A stretch of 64,000 bases of DNA from a virus (IMGVR_UViG_3300021086_000004:1-64000), one strand, 5' to 3'; shown: positions 53,803-63,012, counted from the first letter of the stretch. The notes: generated by a model from the sequence alone, not told the origin. Made by a program: numbers and translations.

Positions 53803-54182
53803 GTCTGCCCGCCGGGGTTCTCCAGTACGCGGCGGATCGTCTGGTCGAGCAGGTCCGACGGCCGCCACAGGAAGTACCTGACGCGCGAACCGGGAACAGC
53901 GGCCAGGGCCTCGTACGCGGCGCGCCACTGCTCCTGGGTGGTGGTCAATCGGCCGCGTTGTGTCTTGCATTCGGCCACGATCTGCCAACCCCCGACCAGG
54001 ATGACCAAATCTGGGAATCCGGGGGTTCCTTGGATGGGGGTGCGCCAGCCGTTGTCGGTGCGGGCGGGGCGGCAGTGGTGGACGAGCCAGCCGAGGGCTT
54101 TCGCTAGGGCGACGGTGTTGGCGAGGAGGTCGTCTTCGCTCATGCCGGCGGCGACGGCGCCGCGTTGCTCGGCGGTCGTCAC
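53799..54182 (-). CDS. VRR-NUC domain nuclease (resolvase-like)
   Basis: SEDDL, GFPDLV, AECKTQRGRL...QEQW, LWRPSD. Confidence 0.88.
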   Translation of the reverse strand: MTTAEQRGAVAAGMSEDDLLANTVALAKALGWLVHHCRPARTDNGWRTPIQGTPGFPDLVILVGGWQIVAECKTQRGRLTTTQEQWRAAYEALAAVPGSRVRYFLWRPSDLLDQTIRRVLENPGGQT

Positions 54183-54385
54183 GGCCGGCCCTCTGTGGCG
54201 GTAAGGAGTTCCGACAGGGGGCATTGCAGGGCGTCGGCGAGCGTCCACAGCCGGTCCATCGACGGCGAGTAGGCGCCGTTCTCGACCCGGCTGATCGACT
54301 GCCGGTCGCAACCGCCGAACGCGTGCCTGCGTCGGAGTTCGGCGTCGGTGCAGTTCCGGGGCACGGTCGTGCTCACCCGGACCAC
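54179..54385 (-). CDS. XRE HTH protein (short N-terminus, possibly degenerate)
   Basis: DRQSISRVENG.YSPSMDRLWTLADAL. Confidence 0.7.
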   Translation of the reverse strand: MVRVSTTVPRNCTDAELRRRHAFGGCDRQSISRVENGAYSPSMDRLWTLADALQCPLSELLTATEGRP

Positions 54386-54903
54386 GGCCTCGGCCGCTCG
54401 TCGCCACGTACGTACAGCGGGTGCCTAGGTGCGCCGTCCTTCGTCGTCCCGAGGCAGGCCAGGACTTGCCCGGTCGTTTCCCGGACCATCGCGCACAGCA
54501 CGGCATCGCGGCCGTGCGCCCGGACGGCCCTGTCGGCGCCCCATGCGGCGATCACCGGTCCGCCTGCCGCGGCGGCGAGGTGCCGCCGGATCACGGCGTC
54601 GTTGTCCGGGCCGACCGGGTCAGGATGGCCGTCGAGGGCGCGCGGGTCGGTCGAGCGGAGCGCGAACGTGTTCAGCACGGTCAGCCCGCCCGTACCCCAT
54701 TGCCGGGCGAAGGTGAGGCAGCGGCGGATTGTCGGGTCCTCCACGAACGCGTCCGCGGTGGAAGGGTTGAGCATGACGAACACGGCCGGCGGCGTATCGG
54801 CCCAGCGGCGGGTGAGGGCGTACCGGTAGGCCCGGTCGGGTGAGAATTCGGCGGTGGCCCCGCCGATCAGGGCGTCGTCGCGGTCGACCACGAGGCCGGT
54901 CAC
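54373..54903 (-). CDS. DUF1643 family protein
   Basis: YRYALTRRW, MLNPSTAD, DPTIRRC, IAAWG, PRHPLY. Confidence 0.92.
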   Translation of the reverse strand: MTGLVVDRDDALIGGATAEFSPDRAYRYALTRRWADTPPAVFVMLNPSTADAFVEDPTIRRCLTFARQWGTGGLTVLNTFALRSTDPRALDGHPDPVGPDNDAVIRRHLAAAAGGPVIAAWGADRAVRAHGRDAVLCAMVRETTGQVLACLGTTKDGAPRHPLYVRGDERPRPWSG

Positions 54904-55226
54904 GGCCGGGCCTCCCGTCCTACCTGCATCGCCTTGGTCCCCGTGGCGGGGTCGTCCCGGTAGTGGCACGTGTCGCCGTCCTGGCACGGGCACGCCGGGT
55001 CGGAGCCGGCGCACGGCTGGCGTGCTGCCTTCGCTGTGCGTCGCAGCGCTGCCAGTTGCGAACCCCTCGGCCCGAGACCCAGGCGCCCATACGCGGCCAG
55101 TACCGATGCGACGAACAGCATCTGCTCGCGGGTCGGCTCCCCGTACCGCAACTGCCACTGCACGTCGCCGGGGTCACCCGGGTCGGGCCAGGTGGTGCCG
55201 TCGTCCAGCCTGAGGTGACTGCTCAC
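54900..55226 (-). CDS. Hypothetical protein
   Basis: Coupled; CPCQDGD.CHY. Confidence 0.55.
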   Translation of the reverse strand: MSSHLRLDDGTTWPDPGDPGDVQWQLRYGEPTREQMLFVASVLAAYGRLGLGPRGSQLAALRRTAKAARQPCAGSDPACPCQDGDTCHYRDDPATGTKAMQVGREARP

Positions 55227-55320
55227 CGCTCCCCCAGTTCGGCCCGGACCCTGGCCGGGATGCGGACGAGCCGGCCCAGCGTCTCCCGGTCCGCTGTCAT
55301 GCCGACACCTCGGCCCCTGG

Positions 55321-55521
55321 TCAGTCATCACCGCCCTCCTCGTGGACTTCCGCGACCGTGTACCGCTCCCGCCGGCCCCGCTCGGCCGCCGACTCCCGCA
55401 GCACGGTGGCTTCGAACTCGGCGTCCTCCCGCGTCCAATGCAGCCCGGCGGCGCCCGGCAGATCCGGCTGATGGCTGGCCTGGTTCCACTCGACCACCAC
55501 CCAGCCCAGCGGGCCGGTCAT
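55321..55521 (-). CDS. Conserved actinophage hypothetical protein
   Basis: WVVVEWNQAS...RYTV motif. Confidence 0.65.
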   Translation of the reverse strand: MTGPLGWVVVEWNQASHQPDLPGAAGLHWTREDAEFEATVLRESAAERGRRERYTVAEVHEEGGDD

Positions 55522-55892
55522 GCCGTCGCCCCGAGCCGGTCAACCCGGCCAGCCGCACCGCGGACCTTGTGGACCTGCTGCCGGTACACGTTGCACGACG
55601 GGTCCAGCCCGTCCGCCTCCCGGTACAGCACCGTCAACTTCAGGCCCGGGTCGAGCCAGTACGGCTCGCACACCAGCACGTCACCTGCCGCCAGCCCGAA
55701 CCGGGGGTCGTCGTCCTTCAGCACGTACCGGCGCGGCAGCCGGTACGCGGCCCGGAGCGCATCCCACCGCTGCCGGTGCTCCCTGCCGGCTGCCCGTAGC
55801 CTGCCGGACGACGTCGTGCACGGCGCGTCCTCGGCTGCGTCGCAGAACGTGCACCGGACGTCCTGGGCGAAGCTGCCCGCGGGTTCTGTCAT
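55518..55892 (-). CDS. Zinc-finger protein
   Basis: CTFC.A....PC...H. Confidence 0.6.
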   Translation of the reverse strand: MTEPAGSFAQDVRCTFCDAAEDAPCTTSSGRLRAAGREHRQRWDALRAAYRLPRRYVLKDDDPRFGLAAGDVLVCEPYWLDPGLKLTVLYREADGLDPSCNVYRQQVHKVRGAAGRVDRLGATA

Positions 55893-56161
55893 CGCCCTGA
55901 CTCCTTCCTGTCCACCATCGCCGCCAGCCGGTCGCATGGGTACGCCTCGTTGCAGCGCAGGCACCACAGCCTCATCGGCTCGGTCGGCCCGGACACGTCC
56001 ACCGCCCCATGCCCCCGGTGTTCGGCGCCGTCCAGCCAGTCCGCGAGCCGCCCCGGCGCCAGAGTCAGCGCCGTCCCGAAGCCGCGCCAGAACCCGGCCG
56101 AACACACCTGCCGGAGACCGGCGGCCACCTCGGCCGCCTGACGCCGAACCCAGCGCGTCAT
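55889..56161 (-). CDS. Hypothetical protein
   Basis: Coupled; CLRC...PC. Confidence 0.5.
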   Translation of the reverse strand: MTRWVRRQAAEVAAGLRQVCSAGFWRGFGTALTLAPGRLADWLDGAEHRGHGAVDVSGPTEPMRLWCLRCNEAYPCDRLAAMVDRKESGR

Positions 56162-56385
56162 GTCGCCGGCTCCTTCCGGTCCGGCGACCAGCCCCACCCA
56201 GCGTCACCCAGTGCGGCCTCTGATACCGCGCGGAGCAGGTCGAGCGCGTCGAGGTAGATCGGCTCCTGGTCGCCGATCTTGACGGTGATCTCGTGATTGA
56301 AGCCCGGCGTAACGGTCAGGGACCGGTCGTCGTCGTACCGGCCCGGGAGCGAGATCCCATCCATGAAGGCGCTGACGCCGGTCAC
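56158..56385 (-). CDS. Hypothetical protein
   Basis: Coupled. Confidence 0.6.
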   Translation of the reverse strand: MTGVSAFMDGISLPGRYDDDRSLTVTPGFNHEITVKIGDQEPIYLDALDLLRAVSEAALGDAGWGWSPDRKEPAT

Positions 56386-57653
56386 TGCCTACCGTCCTGG
56401 TCCGGCGCGGCGAGCGCGGCGACTGTCGCCCGGCCGTCCTCCCCCGCCTCCTGGTAGATCCCCAACGCGTCGATCAGCGCGTGCACGTCGTCCACGGTTA
56501 GGCCCGAGAACGACTCGATGTCCCGGTTCAGGATGCTGCCCGCGACGCGGAGCCGGCCGGGCTTGTCGTCGCCCTTCACGCCGAGGTCGGCCAGGACCGC
56601 GAACAGCCGCCGCATCAGACTCGCGGGCACCGCGGCCGGCGGCGCATCGTCGTCGACCAGTTCGCCGTCAACCGGCTCATCCGCCGGCGACTCCGAGTCG
56701 CCGGCCGGCGGAAACTCCTCGGCCACCGTCGTCTGACCCTTGCCCAGCGCCGCGCCCACATGCCGCAGCGCCGTCAGATCATCCTCCAACCAGTCCTCCA
56801 CCGGCCGGCCCACGCGCGCCACCAGGGCCTCCGCCGGGACGCCCCACTTCCCCGCGAACCAGTCGGCCAGCACCGCAACGCGGTCCGCCAGAGGCCGTTC
56901 AGTGGCCGGCTGCGCGTCCTCGCTGGACTCGGCCCCGGCAGCCGCCGGCTCGGCTGAGCCGCCCGTGATCTCGGCCACCGTCACCGGAGCCTGAGCGACC
57001 GGAGGCGCTCCCGCACGCTGCACACGCGGGTCGTCCGTGACCTCCTCGAACGACGGGATCCCCTTCAACACCTCCGGGGCGACCCGCTTGCAGCAGATCG
57101 ACACGGCCCGGGCGTACAACATGGCCTTCGGGTCCTTTGTGTACTTCTCGTTGTTCGCTACATACCCGGCCCGCTTCGCGTCGCCGATGGTGAAGGTGAC
57201 CGGCTCGACATGCGACGACCCGGCGCGCTGGCCGTGGACGGTGCACTCGGTGTCCGAAATGGACACCGTCCACACCTCGTGCCCTGCGGCTTGGATCAGC
57301 GCGACCATCGTGTTTGCGTAGATGCTCGGGCGGCCATGGATGACGAACACCTCGTTGAGCGCGTTCATCGGGGTGAGGCCGAGTTCGGCGCCATAGATCA
57401 GCGCGCCGGTTCCGTTCGCGATGGCCTGCGCCCGGCGCTTCTCTTCCTTCTCTGGATCGGTCGACGTCTGCTTGGGCCACAGCGCGCGCGGGAAGAACGG
57501 CGTGTCGACGATCGATGCGACGAGCTGCCCGGCGGCCTGCGCGGTTTCGACCCAGACTTGCAGGGCGGTGACTCCTGCGGCGGGCTGCGGGAGGTTCGGC
57601 GCTCGGTGGGCGAGGGTGTTGTTGGCGGGTTCGATGCGGGCGAGTTCGGTCAC
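56382..57653 (-). CDS. RecT/Red-beta-like single-strand annealing protein
   Basis: GAELGLTPMNAL..VFVIHGRP; DAKRAG; PKAMLYARA...CKRVAPEVLKG. Confidence 0.8.
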   Translation of the reverse strand: MTELARIEPANNTLAHRAPNLPQPAAGVTALQVWVETAQAAGQLVASIVDTPFFPRALWPKQTSTDPEKEEKRRAQAIANGTGALIYGAELGLTPMNALNEVFVIHGRPSIYANTMVALIQAAGHEVWTVSISDTECTVHGQRAGSSHVEPVTFTIGDAKRAGYVANNEKYTKDPKAMLYARAVSICCKRVAPEVLKGIPSFEEVTDDPRVQRAGAPPVAQAPVTVAEITGGSAEPAAAGAESSEDAQPATERPLADRVAVLADWFAGKWGVPAEALVARVGRPVEDWLEDDLTALRHVGAALGKGQTTVAEEFPPAGDSESPADEPVDGELVDDDAPPAAVPASLMRRLFAVLADLGVKGDDKPGRLRVAGSILNRDIESFSGLTVDDVHALIDALGIYQEAGEDGRATVAALAAPDQDGRQ

Positions 57654-57859
57654 GGTGCGGTCTCCAGTGGGAGGACGGTGATCGGGTAGTGGTCGCGGAT
57701 GGCGGCGTTGACCGCGTCGAATAGACACAGGTCGCAGACGGGCCGCCGGTCGGCGGGGAATGCGCTCGACGGGTAGGCCAGCCGGGCGACGGCGGCGCGC
57801 CACCGCTCCTGAGGGTCGTCGTCGCAGGGCCGGCAGTGAACGACGACAGCGGCGGTCAC
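57650..57859 (-). CDS. Zinc-finger protein
   Basis: CRPC...CDLC. Confidence 0.55.
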   Translation of the reverse strand: MTAAVVVHCRPCDDDPQERWRAAVARLAYPSSAFPADRRPVCDLCLFDAVNAAIRDHYPITVLPLETAP

Positions 57860-58215
57860 AGGTGGGCCTTTCGGATGATCTGGCAGCCGGTGCACTGGCA
57901 GCACGCCTCAGACGGCACGTAGTCGGGCGAGCCGGCGATGTGGTCGTAGTAGTCGGGCCACGTCGGGTGCCCCTCGCAGACCTCCAGGGCGGCGGCCTGC
58001 GCATGTGTGAAGTTGGCCCGCCACTCGTGGACCTCTTCGCCCAGTTCCGCCTCGCGGCAGTCGCAGGCCACGTGATGATCCGTGCAGGCCACGTACCGGG
58101 GGTCGCGGGTGTCCGTCGGCGGCGGCTGGTCGACGGGGACCGCGACGCGCAGCGTCGAGCGGCCGGGCCGCCGCTCGCCCCGGAAGAACACCACGGGGCC
58201 AGCCGTGCTGGTCAC
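57856..58215 (-). CDS. Cys/His-rich hypothetical protein
   Basis: CTDHHVACDC...CQCTGC. Confidence 0.6.
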   Translation of the reverse strand: MTSTAGPVVFFRGERRPGRSTLRVAVPVDQPPPTDTRDPRYVACTDHHVACDCREAELGEEVHEWRANFTHAQAAALEVCEGHPTWPDYYDHIAGSPDYVPSEACCQCTGCQIIRKAHL

Positions 58216-58412
58216 CGGGGTCCTTCCTGGGCGGCTTGGCGGGCGGCGACACGGGCTAGGTCTTCCTGCCGGGTGTCGCGGGTGTCCCCCGCGTCGACGT
58301 ACCGGCGGATCAGCTCCGACAGCCACACGGAGTGGTCGGCGGCCCGGGTCTCCAGCCGTTCGGCCTGTTCGGCGGGGAGGCGGATGGAGACCTTCCGCAT
58401 GGGTTTACGCAT
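58212..58412 (-). CDS. Ribbon-helix-helix (CopG-like) regulator
   Basis: KVSIRLPAEQAERLETRA...LSELIRRYV; TAGGAT-N6-ATG. Confidence 0.8.
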   Translation of the reverse strand: MRKPMRKVSIRLPAEQAERLETRAADHSVWLSELIRRYVDAGDTRDTRQEDLARVAARQAAQEGPR

Positions 58413-58464
58413 GCCCCGATCCTACCACCGTTGTCCGACGAATAGCGGACGTTCGGGTGACGAT

Positions 58465-59379
58465 CTACGGCTGAACAGTGTCGGCTTCGGTGTCGAAGTC
58501 GCCACGCTCGCGGGCTATTTCGTGCTGAACGGCCGACCACCGCGGCAACGCCAGCGGCACGATCTGATCGTCCGTGCTGCCCGCCCCAACCCGGTACCCC
58601 GGCCACACCCCGGACGCCTGACACCGCGCGAACACGTCCAGCGCGCGGCGGTTCAGGTCCCTGCCGGCGGCGAGCGCGTCCGCGTCGGGCTCGCACACGG
58701 TCACGAGGTACGGGGCCGTCTTCTCCTGGAGGACGAGGAGGAACGCGGCGTCGTCCCCGATCAGGCCGAGTTCGCGTCCGGCGGTCAGATACCAGTCGCC
58801 CTGCTGTCCATAGCCGTGCTCGGCCATGGCCTTCGCGCAGTCGTCCGGGGCCGCTGACCGGGCAGTTTTGTAGTCGGTGACGATCCGGTCCTTCACCCAG
58901 TCGAGCCGCGCCCGCCGGTGGACACCGAACTCTGTGTCATGCCAGAACATGGACAGTTCCGGCCGGCCCGTGCCGGGGGCGAACAGGGGGCCGGCGATCG
59001 GATGCGCGCGGAGCGCGTCGGCCATGTCGAGGACGACCTGCCAGGTGGCGGTGAGGAGCGGCACGGCGTCGGCGGCGCGGGCTTCGGCGGCTTCGGCCTG
59101 CGCTTTCTTGGTCCGCCAACTGTCCGCGTCGACCACCACGACCGTCTCCCCCACGCCGAGGACTTCGGAGTGGGCGGCGTGGCCGAGGTCGAACTCTTTC
59201 TTCGCGGCCTGGCCGTGGTCGGCCCACCACCGGTACTTGGCCGGGCACGACGGGGCGAGCAACTTGCGGGCGCCTGTGGACGACAGTGAGCCGCCGGGGA
59301 CCGGATCAGCGTGGTACACGTCGGGGGGCATGTCGTCGTGGACGCCGGGCGTGAACGGGGCCAGGTCGACGGCGGTCAC
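58465..59379 (-). CDS. RecE/exonuclease VIII-like PD-(D/E)XK nuclease (DUF3799)
   Basis: YHADP...LSSTGARKLL, FDLGHAAH, RARLD, DYKT, YGQQ..WY, QEK.APY. Confidence 0.9.
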   Translation of the reverse strand: MTAVDLAPFTPGVHDDMPPDVYHADPVPGGSLSSTGARKLLAPSCPAKYRWWADHGQAAKKEFDLGHAAHSEVLGVGETVVVVDADSWRTKKAQAEAAEARAADAVPLLTATWQVVLDMADALRAHPIAGPLFAPGTGRPELSMFWHDTEFGVHRRARLDWVKDRIVTDYKTARSAAPDDCAKAMAEHGYGQQGDWYLTAGRELGLIGDDAAFLLVLQEKTAPYLVTVCEPDADALAAGRDLNRRALDVFARCQASGVWPGYRVGAGSTDDQIVPLALPRWSAVQHEIARERGDFDTEADTVQP

Positions 59380-59651
59380 TGCTCGTCCTTGGGCTGGGGT
59401 GTCCTGGCCCCGCCGTCCAGCGGCGCGGTGTGCGGCACGCCCGGCCCGGTGAACCGGCCCGCGACCGTCCGCTGTAGCCGCTGCGTCAGCGCCTGCGCGG
59501 CCTGCTCGGCGGCTTCGGTCACCTCCCGGCCCGTGCCGGCGAGGACGGCAGCGTGCTCTGTGCACGTCCACGGCCCGTCGCCCCAGCGGGGCGTACGGGA
59601 TGCATCGGTCGGTTCCCGGACGGTCACTGTCACTGACACCTCGACGAGCAT
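59376..59651 (-). CDS. Hypothetical protein
   Basis: TGATG overlap. Confidence 0.5.
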   Translation of the reverse strand: MLVEVSVTVTVREPTDASRTPRWGDGPWTCTEHAAVLAGTGREVTEAAEQAAQALTQRLQRTVAGRFTGPGVPHTAPLDGGARTPQPKDEQ

Positions 59652-59842
59652 CAGAACGGCCCTCCGGGGCTCGTCGCGCTGCGCCGTTCGGCGTGGTCGG
59701 CGGCATCGGCCAGCCATCCGGCCACCCGCCGTGCCTCGGCCGCCGTGAACGTGATGGTCAGCGGCCCGGCTGACCCGTCCAGTTCCATGTGGACGGGATG
59801 CGACTCGCCGAGGTGAAGGCTGACCGTTCCCTGGAATGCCAT
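59651..59842 (-). CDS. Hypothetical protein
   Basis: AAGGAGG RBS; coupled. Confidence 0.55.
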   Translation of the reverse strand: MAFQGTVSLHLGESHPVHMELDGSAGPLTITFTAAEARRVAGWLADAADHAERRSATSPGGPF

Positions 59843-60300
59843 CAGAACTCCTCCTTGCCGGTGGGCTGCGCCGCGTCGGGGCCTCGGGCGAGCAGGTCGT
59901 ACACCCGCGTCCGCAGGTCCGACTCGAACTCCCGCGACATGTCGCGGAACCCCAGTAGTAGCTCGCCGCCGGGTTCGTGGATTGCGGCGAGCACGTCCAC
60001 AAAGCACCGGTACTCGAAGGCCTGGACGTGGGGTGAGGCGGCGCAGACGACGTCGAGGAGGGTGCGGGCGGTGGGCCAGTCGTGGGCGTCGACTGCGGTG
60101 GCGGCGCGCTCGAACAGGGACGCGACGGTGACGGTCGGCGGGGTGAACCCGTCCGGGCTGACGACGTCGCGGCGGGGCACGACGTCGAGGTCGAGCAGGA
60201 ACAGGCTGGCGGATAACTGGCCGACATCGAGCGGCGTCCCGGCCTCGCTGATCGCGTCGCAGAGCCTGTTCAGGCGGGCGACGTCTTCGGCACTGGTCAT
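59842..60300 (-). CDS. Hypothetical protein
   Basis: ATGA overlap. Confidence 0.6.
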   Translation of the reverse strand: MTSAEDVARLNRLCDAISEAGTPLDVGQLSASLFLLDLDVVPRRDVVSPDGFTPPTVTVASLFERAATAVDAHDWPTARTLLDVVCAASPHVQAFEYRCFVDVLAAIHEPGGELLLGFRDMSREFESDLRTRVYDLLARGPDAAQPTGKEEF

Positions 60301-60608
60301 GCCGGCCACCGCATCCAGTCGGCGGCCTGGAACCGGTCGCAGTACGGCGACCACCCCGGGGGCTGCGCGGTCACGAACCGGAACTCCAGCCGGTCCGGCC
60401 GCTGGTCGAACGACGCCAGGATGCGTTCGCGGGCGCCGTTCTCGTCTGCGGCCATGATGGCGGCGCAGACCATGTTCGCGTCGTCGGCCGGGAGGAAGCC
60501 GGACACCCACCACGGGGTGTGGAGTTCGAACGGGCCGGCCTCTTCGGTCTGGTACCAGGAGACCCAGTACGGCCGGCGGCCGGCGGGGGTCTGGTCGTGG
60601 GCGGTCAT
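60297..60608 (-). CDS. Conserved phage hypothetical protein
   Basis: WVSW...FEL..PWWVSG...RF motifs. Confidence 0.7.
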   Translation of the reverse strand: MTAHDQTPAGRRPYWVSWYQTEEAGPFELHTPWWVSGFLPADDANMVCAAIMAADENGARERILASFDQRPDRLEFRFVTAQPPGWSPYCDRFQAADWMRWPA

Positions 60609-60898
60609 GCCGTGATCCGACCGAGTTCGCCCCGCGGGTAGATCTCGCCCCAGGTGCCACCGTCGCCGCCGTCATCCGACCGGGTAGACACCTGGAAGGC
60701 GTCGCCCATCGCGTACATGAACGCCCAGTGCTGGCCGATCCGCGCCATGACGGCAGCCCGGGCGGCTGCTTCAGAGCGGGCGAAGACGGAGATCCACCCG
60801 TCGGGGTGCGCGTCGTGCCAGGTGGGGTGCGGCTGGTGGCGGTACTGCTGCCCGAACGTGACCCGCCACTCCATCGGCGGGTCGCTGGCTATGGTCAT
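60605..60898 (-). CDS. Conserved phage hypothetical protein
   Basis: TFGQQY...HP....HPDGW...WAFMY. Confidence 0.7.
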   Translation of the reverse strand: MTIASDPPMEWRVTFGQQYRHQPHPTWHDAHPDGWISVFARSEAAARAAVMARIGQHWAFMYAMGDAFQVSTRSDDGGDGGTWGEIYPRGELGRITA

Positions 60899-60998
60899 CG
60901 CTTGTCCCTTCAGCTTGTCCTGTGGGGGCGCGGGCCGCCTGCGTTCCCGGCGTGGGCGGCCCACCCGGAACCTACGCCCGGGGTACGACAGAAACGGG

Positions 60999-61658
60999 TC
61001 AGCGTTTACCGCCGCGGAAGTCCTTCGTCTTCAACTTGATGATCAGCCGCTCGCCCCGGTTGTCGTACAGCGGCTCTACTGTCCGGGCCACCACGCCCTC
61101 GGCCGGAAAGTCGGGGTCGGATGTGAACGTCGTCCACGACGGGAACCCGGCCCGGACCAGCGACACGATCTCGTCGAGGGTCTTCTCCCCGAGGACCGGG
61201 ACGCGTGGGATGTCGAGGACCGCACCGGTCTTCGTGACCTGATCGTCGGACAGGAACACGTCGCCGGCCTGGACGTCGAACAGAATGAATCCCTGGTCGG
61301 GGCGGTACTTCCCGCCGCCTTGGATCTTCGCGCCGTAGCCCTCGCCGTGAAGGATCAGCCGGTTCAGGCTGTGCTGGTCCATCGTCTCGGTGACGTCGGG
61401 AACGAGCCGGGTGGCGAGGTCGACGCAGTGCCTGAGGAGCGCGGGCGGGATCGACGCGTTGTCGGTCTTTCCCCGGACGTCGAAGAGGACGCTGCCGGCG
61501 GTGCGGTCGAAGATGAGCCGCATGTTGGTGCCGTCGATCTTCTCGGTGACGACCCAGGTTCTGATGGTGGCGTAGACGGGCCGGCGTAGACGGGTGGTGT
61601 CGACTCGGAAGGTGTCGTCGCGGTCGAACAGGGTTTCGATCTTCGGATAGGTGGTCAC
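60999..61658 (-). CDS. RNA ligase, Rnl2-type nucleotidyltransferase domain
   Basis: YPKI; motif I EKIDGTN; III GEGYG; IIIa FILFDV; IV EGVV; V IKLKTKDF. Confidence 0.88.
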   Translation of the reverse strand: MTTYPKIETLFDRDDTFRVDTTRLRRPVYATIRTWVVTEKIDGTNMRLIFDRTAGSVLFDVRGKTDNASIPPALLRHCVDLATRLVPDVTETMDQHSLNRLILHGEGYGAKIQGGGKYRPDQGFILFDVQAGDVFLSDDQVTKTGAVLDIPRVPVLGEKTLDEIVSLVRAGFPSWTTFTSDPDFPAEGVVARTVEPLYDNRGERLIIKLKTKDFRGGKR

Positions 61659-62146
61659 GCCGCGCCTCCTGCTTGCCTGGCGTACCGGTCCAAGTTGTCG
61701 TCTAGGTCGTCGAGCCGGGCCTGCCACTCCCGGTCGCGGAACTCCGGCCGCAGGCCTGCGTAGGCGTCGTCGGGGCCGTCACGCCGCAGGTCGGCCAACG
61801 CGTCGGCCGCGTCGCACACCGACATCCACAGTTCCTGCCGCGCGGCCGGGTCCGTGACGGCGGGGCACATGCCGGCGAACAGGTCCGGGCAGGCGCCGCG
61901 CAGGTCGTAGTGGTCGTCCGGGTCACCGGGGAGGTCGCGGCGCGCGACGGCCAGGGCCTCCGCTCCGGCGCGGATGGCCCGCGCCCGGATGGCAGGGTCG
62001 GGTTCGACTGCGGCGGCTGCGAGCGCCCGGGCGATCACGGGCCGGTCGTCGGGGCGGATCGCGCCTTGCCGGCGGAGCTGGCCGAGGACGTGGCCGGCGC
62101 GGTCGGACAGGCGGGCGAACGCCGGATGCAGCACGGTGACGGTCAC
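61655..62146 (-). CDS. Hypothetical protein
   Basis: Coupled. Confidence 0.55.
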   Translation of the reverse strand: MTVTVLHPAFARLSDRAGHVLGQLRRQGAIRPDDRPVIARALAAAAVEPDPAIRARAIRAGAEALAVARRDLPGDPDDHYDLRGACPDLFAGMCPAVTDPAARQELWMSVCDAADALADLRRDGPDDAYAGLRPEFRDREWQARLDDLDDNLDRYARQAGGAA

Positions 62147-62361
62147 GACTGGCACTCGTCGGGGAACTCAGGGACGCATGGCTCGACCCCGTACCAGTCG
62201 GCCGGGTTCGGGCCGTGGTTCGCCACGATCCACTCCCGCGCCTCGTCGCCGGACGCGAGGCCATGCTTGACGACGATCGGGTAGGACCAGTCGGCGTAGG
62301 CGGAGGGGTCTCCGGCGGCGAGCCATTCGGGGCCGGGGTTGAAGAGGATTGCGAAGCTCAC
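62143..62361 (-). CDS. Hypothetical protein
   Basis: AGGAG RBS; coupled. Confidence 0.6.
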   Translation of the reverse strand: MSFAILFNPGPEWLAAGDPSAYADWSYPIVVKHGLASGDEAREWIVANHGPNPADWYGVEPCVPEFPDECQS

Positions 62362-62600
62362 GGCGTGGTCTCCTGTCCGGTTCGGATGTCGGCGGGGCCG
62401 TGCGGATCCTGATCGCCCGGAAGCACGCCACGGAGCCGGCGCATGTCGGAGCGGACACCGGACTCGATGTACGCCCTGTACAGCACCGCCGGGCGGATCC
62501 CGTGGTGCGCCGCCAGCACCCGAACCTGGCGGCGGACCTCCGGGGAGAGCCGCACGACCTGGTTCTCCTGCGGCTCCGGCGGAGGCGACGGGACGCGCAT
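62358..62600 (-). CDS. Ribbon-helix-helix-like regulator
   Basis: VVRLSPEVRRQVRVLAAHHGIRPAVLYRAYIE. Confidence 0.65.
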   Translation of the reverse strand: MRVPSPPPEPQENQVVRLSPEVRRQVRVLAAHHGIRPAVLYRAYIESGVRSDMRRLRGVLPGDQDPHGPADIRTGQETTP

Positions 62601-62977
62601 CAGTCCGCCTCGGGGACGCGCAGCACGCGGGCGGCGTACATGTAGTCGCCGTCCTGCGCGCGCCCACCTGCCATGACCTGCACGGCCAGCAGCAGCGCCA
62701 ACTCCAGCGTCTCCGTGTGGACGCGCGCGGGCTGGCCGTCGTGGACGACCGTGTAGGTGCTGGACTGCGTCCGGTCGGTGCCGCGAGTGACATAGCTGAC
62801 GACCTGGACGACGGCAGTGGCGTCGTCCAGGTGGGTGACGTTCCCGACCCGGTCCCCGCGCATGAGGTTGAGGGTGCCGGTGATCCGGTCGTCGGCCGCG
62901 TGCTGCTCGCGGATCTGCTGCATGGCCGCATCGCGCTGCCGGTCTTGGAAGGTGGGCGGGATCTCTGTCGTCGGCAT
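62600..62977 (-). CDS. Hypothetical protein
   Basis: Leaderless start at a consensus promoter. Confidence 0.7.
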   Translation of the reverse strand: MPTTEIPPTFQDRQRDAAMQQIREQHAADDRITGTLNLMRGDRVGNVTHLDDATAVVQVVSYVTRGTDRTQSSTYTVVHDGQPARVHTETLELALLLAVQVMAGGRAQDGDYMYAARVLRVPEAD

Positions 62978-62983
62978 GCCGTC

Positions 62984-63012
62984 ACCCTACCGCGGCGCTA
63001 TGCGTAGCGCAA
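62984..63012 (-). promoter_or_regulatory. Housekeeping-sigma leaderless promoter with operator-like inverted repeat
   Basis: TTGCGC-N17-TAGGGT-N6-ATG; GCGCTA-TGCG-TAGCGC at 62995-63010. Confidence 0.7.

Noticed and set aside
42895-62600. RHH genes as antitoxins of type II toxin-antitoxin pairs
   Set aside because: No adjacent gene shows RelE, MazF, PIN or other toxin motifs that I can recognise
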